A stretch of 64,000 nucleotides of DNA from Yuukianura sp. NJ FZ-2021 (taxonomy: Eukaryota), in assembly GCA_046563655.1 (NCBI GenBank), contig CM102289.1:682001-746000 (forward strand), given 5' to 3'. Positions 13,001 through 26,140 of this stretch are shown in pieces. The notes under the pieces were generated by a model, which worked only from the letters and a program-made list of their open reading frames with translations, was not told the DNA's origin and made no database searches. The first letter of the stretch is position 1. Each line of letters begins with the position of its first letter. The position numbers and the translations under genes are program-made.

Positions 13001-13978
13001 TTATCTCACCACGTCTACCGTACCTGTGACGTCTACTTGATCCGGCAGCATGACTCGGTCCCGAGTGTATGGAAGATTGCCTGTAGCTGCCTTCTCCCAT
13101 GGAAAAGGCAATCTCATCCATACACTCATTTCCTCATTTTAAACAACAGAAGAAAACAGCAGCTGAGACGAAATGACCAAAAACTAATCAACTTTTTACC
13201 CTGAGTTGATCAGTATTAGTTTTGTGATGATTCGGAGTCCCTAATTTTGAGTTAATTACGATTAACTAATTGAGGTTTGGTTTGTGTTTTTTTCCTGGCT
13301 TTTGACTTGAAAGTGAAAAGATGAGAAGTGGAAGAGTTGTCCCTAACACACCAATAGAGGGCGCGCGCTTCTCCCTTTCTTAACGACATGACGCTATATT
13401 TGCAGCCTCACAACGGGAAGAAAAAAGTTAAAGATTTCGCTGACCTCGTCTGGACAAGGTTGATGGAAGCTTTAACTGTGAACGAGCTGGAAGAAGTCTA
13501 TGCGGATCCCAAAGACATCGACTTCTACACTGGGGCTCTAAGTGAACTAAACAGTCCAGGAGGTATACTTGGTCCAACATTGAAGTGTACCCAGGTACAA
13601 CTTGGGAATGGTATTACCTTTAGCAAGGTTTATAAATATTTATATATTACGTGCTAGTTTACATTTCTAGGGACTTCAATTTAGGAACTTGAGGTATGGA
13701 GATAGGCTTTTCTACTCACACAAAACATCATTTACAGGTATTCAAATTTATCATCTCTCGAATGTTTCACTGGCAAGTATCGTCTGCAGAATGGTCAAAG
13801 GGTATCCAGACAACGTATTACCCAAATCACTGTAAGTTGGAAATTAACAAAACTGACTTTACTACAACTAGCGTCTGTTTTTTTTATTTCACCGTTTAGA
13901 ATTCTTCCGAGTGATGCAAACAAACCTGCGTCTTGTAGAAAACTATACAACTTGATAACTCGTCACTTTGATAAATAA
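10013..13978 (+). pseudogene. Animal heme peroxidase (peroxinectin/chorion-peroxidase-like) gene interrupted by an insertion in exon 9. Exons 10013-10049, 10127-10315, 10385-10546, 10610-10738, 10830-11111, 11326-11413, 11481-11739, 11970-12122, 12228-(insertion)-13594, 13671-13831, 13900-13978
   Basis: Spliced translation gives FRTINGTCN, LPNPRVIS, FVAHD, CMEFARS, FLDLSQIYG, AGDSRVN, LEHN, YKEYLP, QRGRDH, DIDFYTGALSE, LGPT, GDRLFY. I saw no frame-disrupting lesion other than the insertion. Confidence 0.88.
12255..13388. mobile_element. 1.1-kb insertion in peroxidase exon 9, probably a solo LTR
   Basis: Flanked by TGACG (12250-12254, 13389-13393); right end ...TAACGACA (TGTCGTTA on minus); removal restores the frame. 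The left end reads TA rather than TG, and an alternative 6-bp TATTTG duplication also fits, so borders are uncertain by a few bp. Confidence 0.65.
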
Positions 13979-14393
13979 TTGCAAGTATTTTTTCCCAAAT
14001 ATGCGCAATGTCATGCAAATCAGTTCTTTTGTTCTTGTATTTTTTGAATTCGAGACATTACGTCCTCAATTCTTAATTTTACATATAAGAGTTCCCGGAA
14101 TTTCATATATTCGCAGAGAAATAAACAACAAAACAATTAAACCAACAGACAAGTTAAAATTTTAAGTTGTTCTGTTCAAAACTAAAGAAATCAGCAGCTT
14201 TTAGTCTGTAAGTTACGAGAAGCGACAATATTATTGAACCGGTACTGCGTCTGAAAAGTTTTAGGTTGGGTGAGGTTAAAGCTTTCTTCAAAACTGAACT
14301 GAAGATTTCTCTTTTAGTGGAATTTTCTCGTTGACCACAACGTTAGGCAGATTATGTTATGTAACCAAACACCATGTATTTCAAAACAGGTTC

Positions 14394-15024
14394 CAGGTCA
14401 TTAGCGCGAAAACAAAAGGCGCGAATTCATTAGGCGCGAATGCGTTAAACGCGAATAAAATAAGGGCGACGGTAAATAAGCGTGAAGGTAATTAAGCGCG
14501 AATGGAAATAAGGGCGAACGCAATTGGCGCGCCCCTACATTAGCGCGAACGTAAATAGGCGCGAATTTCTAAGAAAAAAAAACATGGATATTGAAGTTCG
14601 TTGTTTTATATAAATTGGAACCATTTATATAATTTTATATAAATTATATGAATGGTTCGCAATTTTTAATAACGAACCACATGAATGGAAACTTAACCAA
14701 ACCTAACCTACAAGTGACAAAACCATAGTTTTAATGTTTAACCTAACTCAACCTTCGCTAGCTAACAAGTAAAATAAATACAAAAAAATATTTCGAGAAA
14801 AACTAAACCTACAAACCCTGTTCTAACTGTAGATTTAGCAAACATAAGCTATTTGAAACCCAAATTCAAAAAACCAAATTCAATTTCCATTTCACATTAG
14901 GAATTTGCGCCTATTTTATTTTTATTTACATTTGTGCTTAATTACCTTTGCGCTTATTTACCCTCGCCCATATTGTATTCACGCCAAGTGAATTCGCGCC
15001 TTTTATTTTCGCGCTAATGACCTG
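14394..15024. mobile_element. MITE with long imperfect TIRs and subterminal GCGCGAA repeats
   Basis: CAGGTCATTAGCGCGAAAACAAAAGGCGCGAATTCA matches the reverse complement of the right end; TSD not clear. Confidence 0.8.
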
Positions 15025-18000
15025 CTACGCTAACTTTATACCAAACTGTAAAACCATAGTGAAACTCTTCCCGGTTAGGCACTTAATTGTCAACATTTTG
15101 GAAAACCAGAAACAACTTTGTTCCAATCATCAAAAACGCTCAACTTTTGTTGATTGCCAAGCATAAAAGAATAGACTTAAAAGAATTTTTTTTTCGATCG
15201 TAGGTTTTATTTAGGTAGGTTGTTTTTATTTGAAAATGAAATTCCACGGTCAACTCTTTTTTTAAATTCGAACGTAACTCCACTCTTCTTAATCTTTGTT
15301 CAACACTTTTGCAAAAACTAACTAATCTAACTTTGGCAGTTTGGACTTTGGAGTTGCTAAATTCTAAGCACAATTTTTTTGAGATCTGTTACACGATCAA
15401 TGTCTGAAAAAAAAATTATTACAAAATGTTGTTACGATGAATTTTCTCCATTTATTAAAAACTTTAGTCAGTACACGTTTAGATTTTAGCGTGTAGATGG
15501 CGCTGGGCTGCCGAGTGAAGACAAAACTATTGACTTTGTTGAAGAAATTGATAATTTTTCTTTTCTGCTTTAGTATTTCACCGTTCACTTTAAATTTCCT
15601 CGGGTGATTTTTTTTTAAACAACCAGAACTAAAAACCGCTGTTGGTTCTGGAATGGATCCTGTTGCGATTCGTCTCTGCTTTGGAATGGTTCCGATGGAG
15701 GGTGATTTTCCAAACCGGTTCCCCTGGTATCCTCAGTACCAACTTGGGATTTGGACATGGTGCATCTCCCTCACATCTCAGTACAATAAACTTTCAAATT
15801 CAAAATTCCCGCTTCTCATTTCAGGACAAATGGACATGTCTGTATAGGCAATTGTCCAAGTGACATTGACTAATTAGCAAAGGAGTGACAGGGAATTGTA
15901 CGGGGCAAAGTGAGACTTTGGACAAGTTGACAGGCGGATTGAGTTTCAATCTTTTATGTACAATTACAATTGCTAAAGGTTTCTGACAAATGAGGGGGCA
16001 TTGTGCTGTGCAACCTACAATTTCAACACAATTGCAAAATTGAAATTTTCAAAAAAAATTTGCAAAAAAAAAATTCAAACGGCTTCTGAGAAGCTCCAGG
16101 TACTTTCTGAATCACCAAAAACGAACAGGTAAGTGTCACTTTCAAATTTTTGATTTGTGTTTTTGTGAATGTTGTAACTCAAAACTGCTTTTTTGTGAAC
16201 ATAAAAAAGGGGGCGGAGCTTAGGGATGACCAAGAAGTCATAAATTACAATTTAAAAAAGCTTTGTTTCTAACCCATTCTCCATTTGATTTAAATTTGCT
16301 CAACTGTCATCTTATGGCCAAACTCCCGCCATATTATGAATCATCTCAAAAAACTTCTTGGCTCTTCCTCTTTCCACTTCTTTGGTTTCTCACAGTATGA
16401 ATTCTCAAAAAGTAAGAAAAAAGGTTGGAAATGAACATTTTATTTACTCTTGTGTCTCATTCTTCTCAAAAGAATGTTTTCGTGCTTTTGCATAACTAAA
16501 AAAATTCAAAATTTCCCTCTCATACCAAAAATCAGCCAAAAAACTGTCAAACCAAAATCAAATAAAAGTTTTTATTATCTTGCGGTTGGCAACAATAATA
16601 AACTTCGAGAAATAAAATGTGGACAAAATGTTTTTTTTTTCTCAAAAGCTCGGAAAGCATAACTCAATTTCATTTCTTCGGATTTTGATAGAAAATTGAA
16701 AAAAGAAACTTTCAAATTCTGAAATATTCTTGGCATTTTTCCATTTCGTCATTTTCATATTACATCCCCCTTTATTGTCCAGTCGTCATCGTCGTTTCCT
16801 CTGCCAAATTTTCTTCTCATATTTTTTTTTAAATTGAAAATCTAGTTTTTTATGTTTTAGTTTTTTGAGTTGGAGTTTTTTTTTACTTTATCTTGCATAA
16901 AGTTACGTTAATCTAAGCAAATTTTGAAAGCATTGCCTGAGGAAATTTTCTTAACCTAATTTTAGCCTAACAAAAACCTGAAGCTCAGATTGAGTTTTTA
17001 AGAAGTCCGGAGACTTTTCCAGCATAATAGCAAGGTTTAGCGTTAAAGTGAAGTCTAGACAGTTAGGTTTACGTTAGGTTATGTCCAGACGGTTAGGTTA
17101 GTTAGGTTTGAGCTTGGGAAGTCCTAGGAGAATTCGTCTTCTTCAAGAAGTTGTTGCTTCGGAGACTCCTGACACTTTAAAGTCCCCTTCCATGTACTTC
17201 GTCTCGATCACTCACTCCTTATTGCCTTGTACTTTGGGAAATCTCACACATTCTGGGACTTAGAACAGAAGGGAGGGAAATTTCAAAAAAACTCAAAACA
17301 AGCCTCCCTCGTCTGTTCTAAAATTTCTCAGATGCTAAGCTCATCTTAGAACATGCGAAGATTCTCCAAAGATTCTCTCTGAAAAACGAGTGAGGATGAA
17401 GGTGTTGTTGAACCTCACAAAATCTCTAATCTTTTTGTCTCCCTGTGTGGCAGTTGTCAAGTTCCAGGGACCCTTAAGTCCCCCTCTGCCAAATGGTACC
17501 CTTAAACACGACTCTAACCTAACAAACCTAATGTAAGCCTAACTAACCTAACAAAACATAGCCTAACTTTTAACAATATCCTAACAACTGACCTGTCCTC
17601 TTCACCATTTCTGAAATCCGATACCAAATTCTTTGAATTCTACAATCTCGCTGAGTCATCTTTGTTTTTTCAGAAACCAATTTCAAAATAGTTGTTATTT
17701 TTAAACTCCTTTTTTGAATTTGTTCAAAATTTCAAAAAAGTAGGTTATGCAGAGAAAGTTTGATTTTGTTTTGGTTAGGTTGCCAAATCGGTGTAATTTT
17801 GATACGATGGGGTGTAATTTAAAGTTTGACCTGCGACTTTATCTTATTTTTTGCTTCTCTTTAGTTTCAAAAACTCCATCAACTGAACTCCTGTTTTCCA
17901 TTTTGGAAAAGTTTTTTGAAATTGGATTTGTGTTTTGGTTTGGTGAAAATCGGAGTTGTGTAAATTGGACTTGGGATTTGATGTTGTCATTTTGCAAATG

Positions 18001-18708
18001 GGAAAAGTAGAGAGTGGAATAAGTTTTCCTGTTTCCATGGAGACAGCATAAGGGAATTGGATGTAAGATAAGAAAGTACCAAGTACTTTTGGGATAATGG
18101 AAATGGAAAACAATTCTCTTGGATCTCTATCAAGAATTAAATTAGGTATTAAGGAAGTGTATTAAAGAGAACTACGAAGTATACTGGCAGCATCTTGGAA
18201 TATGCTGGCAGTATACTGGAATGTACTGGCAGTAGTTTCAGTATCTAGAACCTCCTGGAGCATCCCAGAAGGCACAAGGAATGAGACAAAGGGTGAAAGT
18301 TAATGATTCTGAGACAAAGCCTTTAAAGGTGACTCTTTTCAAATTCCCCCGCCACTTGAATCTAAATGTCGTAGTCGCTTGGAGTCTCACTTTGCCCCAA
18401 CTAAAACTTTTGTGGTGCACCTAACATACAGAACACAAATTTCAACTCAAAAACACAAATTTCAATTTCAAACCATAAATTTACACTCAAAAACACAAAT
18501 TTCAAATCAAATCCCCAACTTTACATTTCCACAACTTTACATCAACACTAAAGACAAAGAAATTCGCACTAAAGACACAAAATTACACTAAAAAGCGGAA
18601 TCTTACCTTCAAAATCATAAATTTTTTACTCAAAAGTACAAATTTTAAGTGAGCGAGAAAATTTGAGTTTTCATGCTAAAAAATCCGGCTAAATTTTGGG
18701 AACTTGTA

Positions 18709-18943
18709 CAGGGTGTACCACCAGAAAGGAAACACCAAGAATTCGTTGCTATGAGCAACTTCCCAAAAACCTGTAAACATGGAGGGGAAAACGTACTCAA
18801 TAATAACGAGCGTTAAAAAATTTATAACTGAGTGCTTATGATGTTAGGTTTTTTCTAATATTTGCTACGATTTCCCCCTCATATCCGATCAAATAAACAA
18901 AGACATTAGTTTTCGAGTGTTTCCTTTCTGGTGGTACACCCTG
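18709..18943. mobile_element. Tc1/mariner-type MITE (235 bp)
   Basis: Perfect 27-bp TIR CAGGGTGTACCACCAGAAAGGAAACAC with TA on both sides. Confidence 0.9.
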
Positions 18944-21854
18944 TACTTTTATTTTGTTTGAGAAATTTTCACTTTGTTTAAAACTGGTCGCCTTCGACAA
19001 ATTTCTGAACCTGATTTCAATTTATTTCGAATTTGGGCGCCTTTTTTTCAATGTGTTCCTCTCCAATAAGTTTCGCACGTTTGAGGAAAGATTCTCATAA
19101 TGAAGGAATGAGCATTTTGGAGAAGCCCGCCTAGAATTCAAAATGAGTAAAGATTAAAATCGGAGCGTTTCATTTCACTATCTGTAGAAAAGCGTAGTTC
19201 GAACTTAAAGCACAGCGTTACAATGGATTTTCAAAAAAAAGAGCCGCTGAACATAAAAATTCAAGAGGTGTACACAAATTCGAAAAAGAAAAAGAGCTGA
19301 TTTGGATCTTCCCGCTTTGATTCAATTATTCCCAACTTCAAACAAATGCAAATCACTTCTACACTCCAAATTTCCAAAAACTCATTTGAACAATTCCAAA
19401 TTCCCAACAAATCACAAACTTCCTTTCTCGTCCAAACTTCAAATTTTACAACAAACTCGAAATCAAATTTGTCCAAAATTTCCAAAAATTAGTCCACTGT
19501 TGTGTGAAACATTTCAAAGGAAAACTGCCTCTAAAATGACAAATTTCACAAATTTTGTTTCTTCAAGTTAATTAGAAGGGGAGAAAGCAACATTTTCCAT
19601 TTTCCGACGCTTTTCCGTTTTTCCAAGAAAACTATAAAGTTGAAGTTGCTCTTCGTTTGGCGCATTTTCTTCTTAATCAAGTTAATGAATAGGAGAATAG
19701 CGTAGGTTGAGATTAGTTCAACTTATGGTCGTTTCTTGTGTACTTTAAGAAAAGTCATCATGTTTTTCAGTAAGTCAGGAAATGGTGATGATATTTTTCT
19801 ACTTTCCCGCTTCTCATTCCATTTTCATACCATCGAAACCTAACCAAAAACCTAACATAACCTTCTCCCCCTCAAGTTCTTATTTCGTTTACTCTCTAAA
19901 AGTCGTTTACTCTTTCCGAAAAAGTAGCTTGGGGTGGTGGGTGCTGGACGAAAGTAGGAAAAGTCGTAAAAGTTTAATGAGGAAAAGTTTTGGATTAGAA
20001 GTCATTGGAAGGAGGGCGGAATGATGATGATAAGAAGGTGAGAGACTTCGGGACTTCTGGTTTTAGGTGAGGATCGGGACATAGTTACTCCCTCCACTTC
20101 TATTTACATAGTCAACCTAATGTTAGATACATGATTCAATGCCATTTCTCCGAATCAATTCTTCCGAAACAGATTACTCCGAATTGGCACGAATCCAATT
20201 GCTCCAAGGTAAACGAGGCAATTCATTCGGAGAATTTCCTTCGGAACAACTCGTTTCGAAACATTTCATTCGGAACAAGGGCGTGCTATCTATGCACAAA
20301 ACCTTAACATATTCACCTTAGGCCAAAGTGTAAAAATAAGGAAATCCGAATGTGACTTTACTTTCTGCAGTTGATTAAGGCTCCTCTTTTGAAAATGAGC
20401 CCTTGAGGCCCTTCGTTGTGCTTTTTATGTAAAATGGGCCTCGGGAGAGGCCTTAACTCGATAATGAATCGGAGCCTGCCAGAGTCTAATTAATTCAAAG
20501 ATCAAAAGGCTATGGAAGGAAAAGCGCGGGAAAGAAGGTAGTAGTGCACGGAATTCAAAATTAGTCACCATACTTTAGTTTCTGAAAAGCAAAAAAACCA
20601 CAGTTTTCTAGAGAAGTGGGTTCAACGCCTCTTTAATTTTCAAAATTTAGCGGTCTTTTGTTTCAAAAATTCTCTGGGTTGAAAAAGGTTTTGATTTCCC
20701 GAATCTCGGTTTTTAGAAAACTGAATTATTGAAATTTTGTTGCAGAAAACATTTCAAAACAAGAACAAGAATACCACAGCGCAGAAAAATTTAGGCTTCT
20801 AAAAAGAGAAATTTTTGAATCCAAAGTTTGGTTTTCGGTGTGTTTCAATTTTTTAAAAAAAATTTTTGTCTGTGCGATTTTTGTAGGTTTTTTTTTTGCT
20901 TTTTTTGTTCTTAGGTGGTTTGAATTTCTGCTTCTTCTTTGCTTTCAGATCGTTTGAATATTTGATTTTTTGCACATGCTGAATTTATGTTGCCGCCAAA
21001 CAAAAAAAGTGAGGATAATAAATATTTACTTTCTTTTGCAAAAACTTTTCTCTTTTCTCTGAGAGTCCAAACAGTTTCCGAATGAGATAAAGGAAGTTAT
21101 TCGCACAACTTTTTAGTTTTGGTTCCGCTCGTTCTCTCTTTTTAGAAAACCAGTTTTCCATTGAACAGAACTTTTAGAACAACTTTGTGAATGGAATATT
21201 TATGGACTCCAGCAGGCCTTTTCAAATACAGCACTTTCTCTGTGTTTTGAATTTTATTTATATTTTGTTCGTCTGGACAATTTCGGACTAAAATTTTGAA
21301 AGACTCCGCAGCGGCACTTTTCTAATAGTTTTAGAAACTTTTTACTTTTTTTCTCTTAGTTTAGCTCCACAAAGAGAAAATTGAGTCTCGGAGGAGAGAA
21401 AGTTGGTTTCTCTCCAAAGTGAGAATTTTCATCCAATCTACTTTAGCCTTTATTATTATTATTTATTTCTTCCTCTAACTTATTTTTTGTAGCACTGAAA
21501 CTTACTTTTGCTATGAAAAACTAAGTGGGAAGGTAGCTTATATTCCCTGGAGGAAAAACGACTTTTCCCATTTCCTGTTTTCTTCTTTCCCTCATAACTG
21601 AAATGCTGTTGCCATAGTAACCAGGAAACAAGAAGTTGATTAGGCAGCAAATATTTGTTTGTTCTCATTATGAACCAGGCTGTACATTACGTAAGTTGTA
21701 CCAGAATCAAGTTTCTCATTACCAGAATCCAGATTCGTACCAGAATATTGCAGTGCTATAACATTGCAACAAATCTGGAACACAAACATGTCATCCACAC
21801 TTGATCCAATTAGAATCTAGACGACTAGGAGTTACACTTATTAGTTTTTCCAAG

Positions 21855-21952
21855 AACAACAGGAAAACAACAACAGCAACAGGAAAACCTTCAGCGACAA
21901 CAGGAGAAAGAACAGGGACAACAGGAACAGCAACAGGGACAACAGGAAAAGT
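21855..21952. repeat. Short degenerate CAACAGG(A/G) tandem repeat
   Basis: Seven ACAGG-containing units visible. Confidence 0.65.
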
Positions 21953-23287
21953 TACAACAAAAAATGACTTTTCTAAAAAAGTAAAAGTTTATTAGACAAA
22001 ATGGAAATTGGATTCTGGATTTAGGGAAAAACTTAACATGAAGAAATGCTTGTTTCAGAAATTTTTTTCAAAATTTTTTGTTAGTTGATACTGACCTTTT
22101 GCATCTGTTTGGCGTTAATTTTGAAACTTTTTCTGAAATTTTTAATGCGGATGTTAATTCTTTCAGAATTTTGGGCTAATTTTAAGTATTCCCTTACCTT
22201 CTAAAATTTTTATTGACTTTGAAGAGTAAAGTGTTTTTTTTTTCAAAAAAGTCAGAAAAACTACCGCCAAGAATTTTAGGAGAAAAACAATTTGGACTTT
22301 GGATTTTTATGTTCTCGCGTGTCCCCTAATTTTTTGGCAATTCATTTTCTTTACTTTTCGAAAAAATTTTAAAAGCCAACGTACTTAACGAGGCGGTTCG
22401 GTACGCTTGAAATGTCGTTTTCAAAAAAAATGTTCAACAGTGAGAAACAGCGTCGTTTGACAGTTGGAAGCTTACAACTTGCAACTGTTGATTAGTTTTT
22501 TTTTCAAAAATACCACTCTGACACAAACTACTTTTCTAAAAATTTCTTTCTCTAAAATTTTAGAACCTTTTTTTCAAATCCCATCAAAATCTGGGAGGCT
22601 CTAAATTTCAATTCACACGTCGAAACAAATGAACCCGAGAAAAGTACATTTTTTTCGGTTTTCGAAAAAACAGAGCCTCTTTTCTCCGCTCTCTTGCAGG
22701 ATTTAGTTCTAATCCTCTCAAAAATTCAACGCGCGAAGAGCGCATAGCGCGGCGCACAGATTTTTACGACGCTCTTCTCTTTTCTCCCTTCGTGCCATAA
22801 ATAATGAGGACAAGTCGTTGTTTCTCCTTGTGTTTTTCGTAATAATGGAAACAATTAGGAAATCTCAACTGTCGTGTAAGGAACAGAAAATCTACACACA
22901 ATTTCATTTTCGGTTCGCTCCACTTGCTCAATCCGGGAGAGGAAAAAGCGGGAGAATTTGAAAATACCCGGGAATCGGAGAAACTGCGATTGCATTAGAT
23001 TCTGTACAGTAAATTAGTTTTCTTTGACGACGTCTCGCACTCCTGCGTCTTCCTTCCGCTGTGCAGTGGAGGAGTGATCGAATATTTCTTGGTCCATTAA
23101 CTCACCCTCAGATGAGTAGGGGAAAGCATTCCTTTTTATTTTTATGTTGTCTTATTACCACCAGTGCACCACTATCCAATGTACAGTGTGGTCCACAAAC
23201 TTAGTTCAGAGCGGGAAATTCAAAATTTACTTTGAGAGAGAGCAATGTGAGGTTCAGGACTTACATTGATTTGAAGACGGAGCTAAA

Positions 23288-23375
23288 GATAGTGTAGAAA
23301 AATACTTGAACCGAGTGGGATTCGAACCCACATCTCTTCAATCCGGGAAGTTCTCTAACCCTTGAGCTATCGGGC
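23288..23375 (-). mobile_element. tRNA-derived SINE head / tRNA pseudogene
   Basis: Minus strand GCCCGATAGCTCAAGGGTTAGAG...GTGGGTTCGAATCCCAC (A- and B-box-like), followed by a tail TATTTTTCTACACT similar to that of the 62850 copy. Confidence 0.7.
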
Positions 23376-25754
23376 ACCTTGAATTTTCACTTTTCTCTTT
23401 CTGAGTTTCCGAGACTTTAGAATTTTTGTTTTCTTTTCTGTAAATTGCGGATGATTGTGTGATGTTTTTGAATTCTCTATGATAAATTTTGGTTTTGACG
23501 GTGTTTTTGAACCACTCTGTACATTTTTGCGGGAATCTTTTGGCTTCAAACTGGTTTGTCACTGCACAGAGTCTCCTCTCCCTCCTTACATCTCCATTTT
23601 ATTGCCTCTCATCATATTCACCCATAAAGAAAACACCTCAAATGACAATTTCACCAGAATCGGGATCACCAAAAATATGCGACCCCAAGCTTTTTCGAAA
23701 AAATTTTGGCGGTAAAACGGATCCGCCCATTTATGTTTCAAAATTTCCCGCGTTCCAAGTTTTGTTAACAACCGACGCCTTTGAAAAAAAAAACTTTACC
23801 GGAGCCTCACAGTTTAAAATTTTTAGTAAAAATTAAAAATTTTGATTTTTTGTCGGAAGAACTTAGATTCACTGCGTTTTAATTTTTTTAAGACATTTTT
23901 TAGTGAATGGGAGTCATATTTATCAGTTTGAAAATAAAATACATTAGAAATTTTCCGAATTCTGAAAAAGTCGTATTTCATTTTTTGAAATGTTGGTGCC
24001 GAGCCGATGTCAACCGTAATTTGCGTGTCTCGCTGAAAAAAAAATGTTCAGATTTCTTTGAAAAACATTTTTTTTTTTCGAAAAAAATCAGAGCAGAGTG
24101 GTATGTGAAAGGATTTCACTTGTGAAAGGTTTAATGGTGGAGGTGATGGCATATTGATTGAAGTGAAAAATTGTGTACAGGAAATATGTACCGGGTGTTT
24201 CAAAATTTTCACCAAAAGAGTGCCACGCCCAAACTGTACTTTTTTTTGACTTTTTCGTTTTTCTCACTCTTTTTTGCGTTAGACTACTAAAAGACTTTAC
24301 TAATTTGTAACACCATACCTCATCGTTCCATCATCCGGCCTGTCATTTAGCAGCTAGAAAAGGTTTTAGCACACAATAAATGGAACTCTCCCTCTCTAAG
24401 CCTAAAGTAGGTTTCTGCTAGGTTAGAACTCTCCTGCCTAAAAGTGAAGTTTCATGTCTCATCTTTCCAAAAGCTCAAAACCGATCACTTTTCCCTCTTC
24501 TTTGAAAATTTTACGTCAAAAAGGCATTAAAAACCAAACTCCGCACTTCTTCCTCTTTTCCGAATTGTGCATCTGACATTTTTCAAAAACCGAAAAAAAG
24601 TGTCATCATCTCCCCCTTCTCGCTTTTAAGGCACTTCAAATCCGTCAAGGCAAAAAACATAATGGCATCAAGGGACGCATGACTCTATTTACACTTAGAC
24701 TTATTCAAAAACATAATTTTTTCAAAAATTTTTCAAAATTTTGAATTTCAGTTATGTTAAAAGTGTTTGGTCGGTCTGTCCCACACTTGACCTAGCTTCT
24801 CGAGGCTACGCAAAAGTTTTCTTGAGCTTTTTGAAGTGTTTTGATCTTTTCGAGTTTGAATTTTCTTGAGTCCTTTTTGAATTTCAAAAAAGAAACGCAC
24901 GGAATTCAACAGTTTTCGTCCTTTGACCATTTTCGACAGTCAAAATATTTTTGTTTCTAGATTTGACAGATTTGGCAGGGTTTGAATTTTGAAACGTTTA
25001 AAATCTTGGAGCCTTTTTTGAAATTGTTCAAACAGTGATTTATGGCTAGACAAAGATTAAGTTGAAAATAATTCTTTTAAGGAGACTGGAAATGTTTGAG
25101 TGTAAAAGGGATTTGGAGATAATAAATTATAAGCAAATTGCTCAAAGTCACTTTTTTCCGCATTCACTTTCATTAATTATGCACCCGATTTTGGCAAGCG
25201 GAGGATTATTTTTTTTAAAAAGCGAAACTAAAAACAAGTTTTTCAAATTTTAGCATCGCGGGTGACAAGATGAGGCGTGAGGTACGACACACACCAAGCG
25301 TTTTTTGGTTGAAAGCGAAGAAGCGCCAAGTTGAAATTTATTTGGCACTGAGCAGAATGTTTTCGTAGAACACACAAGGAAGAAGAGCTTTTAACTTGAT
25401 TCCTCCCTGACAAGTGAAATATTCGAGTGTCGTTAGGAAGTGTCCCACAAGTTGAGGCTCATTTGTAACTCTGGAGCATGCGCAACCCATTTTCAAAACT
25501 GAGATACTGAAAAGTAAACTTTAGTTTCAAAAAACGAGGGAAATCAAAAAAGTGGCCAGTTGGTTTGGTAGTCGTGATTTGTTGAAAGGTCAATCAGCTT
25601 CCATTTCTTTACTTTTCTTCCACTTTTTCTGGAAATTGTCCATTCAGCATGTCACGATTTGTCAATGCAACTGGTTTTCGTTTTTCAGAAAAAAAGAAAG
25701 AGTTAAGGTATGTTCCCACTCTCAAAATTTACTTCAACGTTTACTATCTCAACC

Positions 25755-26140
25755 AGTGTTGCTGGATATCCACTTTTTTATAATTCGTCCAGGTTATATC
25801 CACTGGATATATGGATAAATCCGGATAAAACCCAGTTTACCGAAATTGAATTTCATCCGGAAGAAACCAATAAAATCCGAATATATCTACCACTTTCGAG
25901 AAGAGTGGAAAAATTATTTTATCCATCCAGCAACACTCTTTGAAAAGCATTTACTTCGACGTTGTTGTGAACGACGAGCTTTTTATTGAGTGTGGCTGGA
26001 TAGATAAAAGATTTCTTCCACTCTCCTCGCAGTTGGTGGATTTTATTAGTTTGTTCCGGATGAAACTCAGTTTCGTCCATCGTAAACTGGGTTTTATCCG
26101 GATTTATCCATTTATCCTTTGGATATCAGCTGGACAAAAT
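25755..26140. repeat. Pair of inverted, diverged copies of a small MITE-like unit (CAGTGTTGCTGGAT ends, GGAT/ATCC repeats)
   Basis: 25790-25938 is the approximate reverse complement of 25988-26130. Confidence 0.7.

Noticed and set aside
12759..13204. ORFs inside the peroxidase insertion
   Set aside because: Derived from GAAAC low-complexity repeats; no gag/pol or transposase motifs.
17060..17570. Interstitial telomere array
   Set aside because: TTAGG/CCTAA units are interrupted and few; not a true (TTAGG)n tract.
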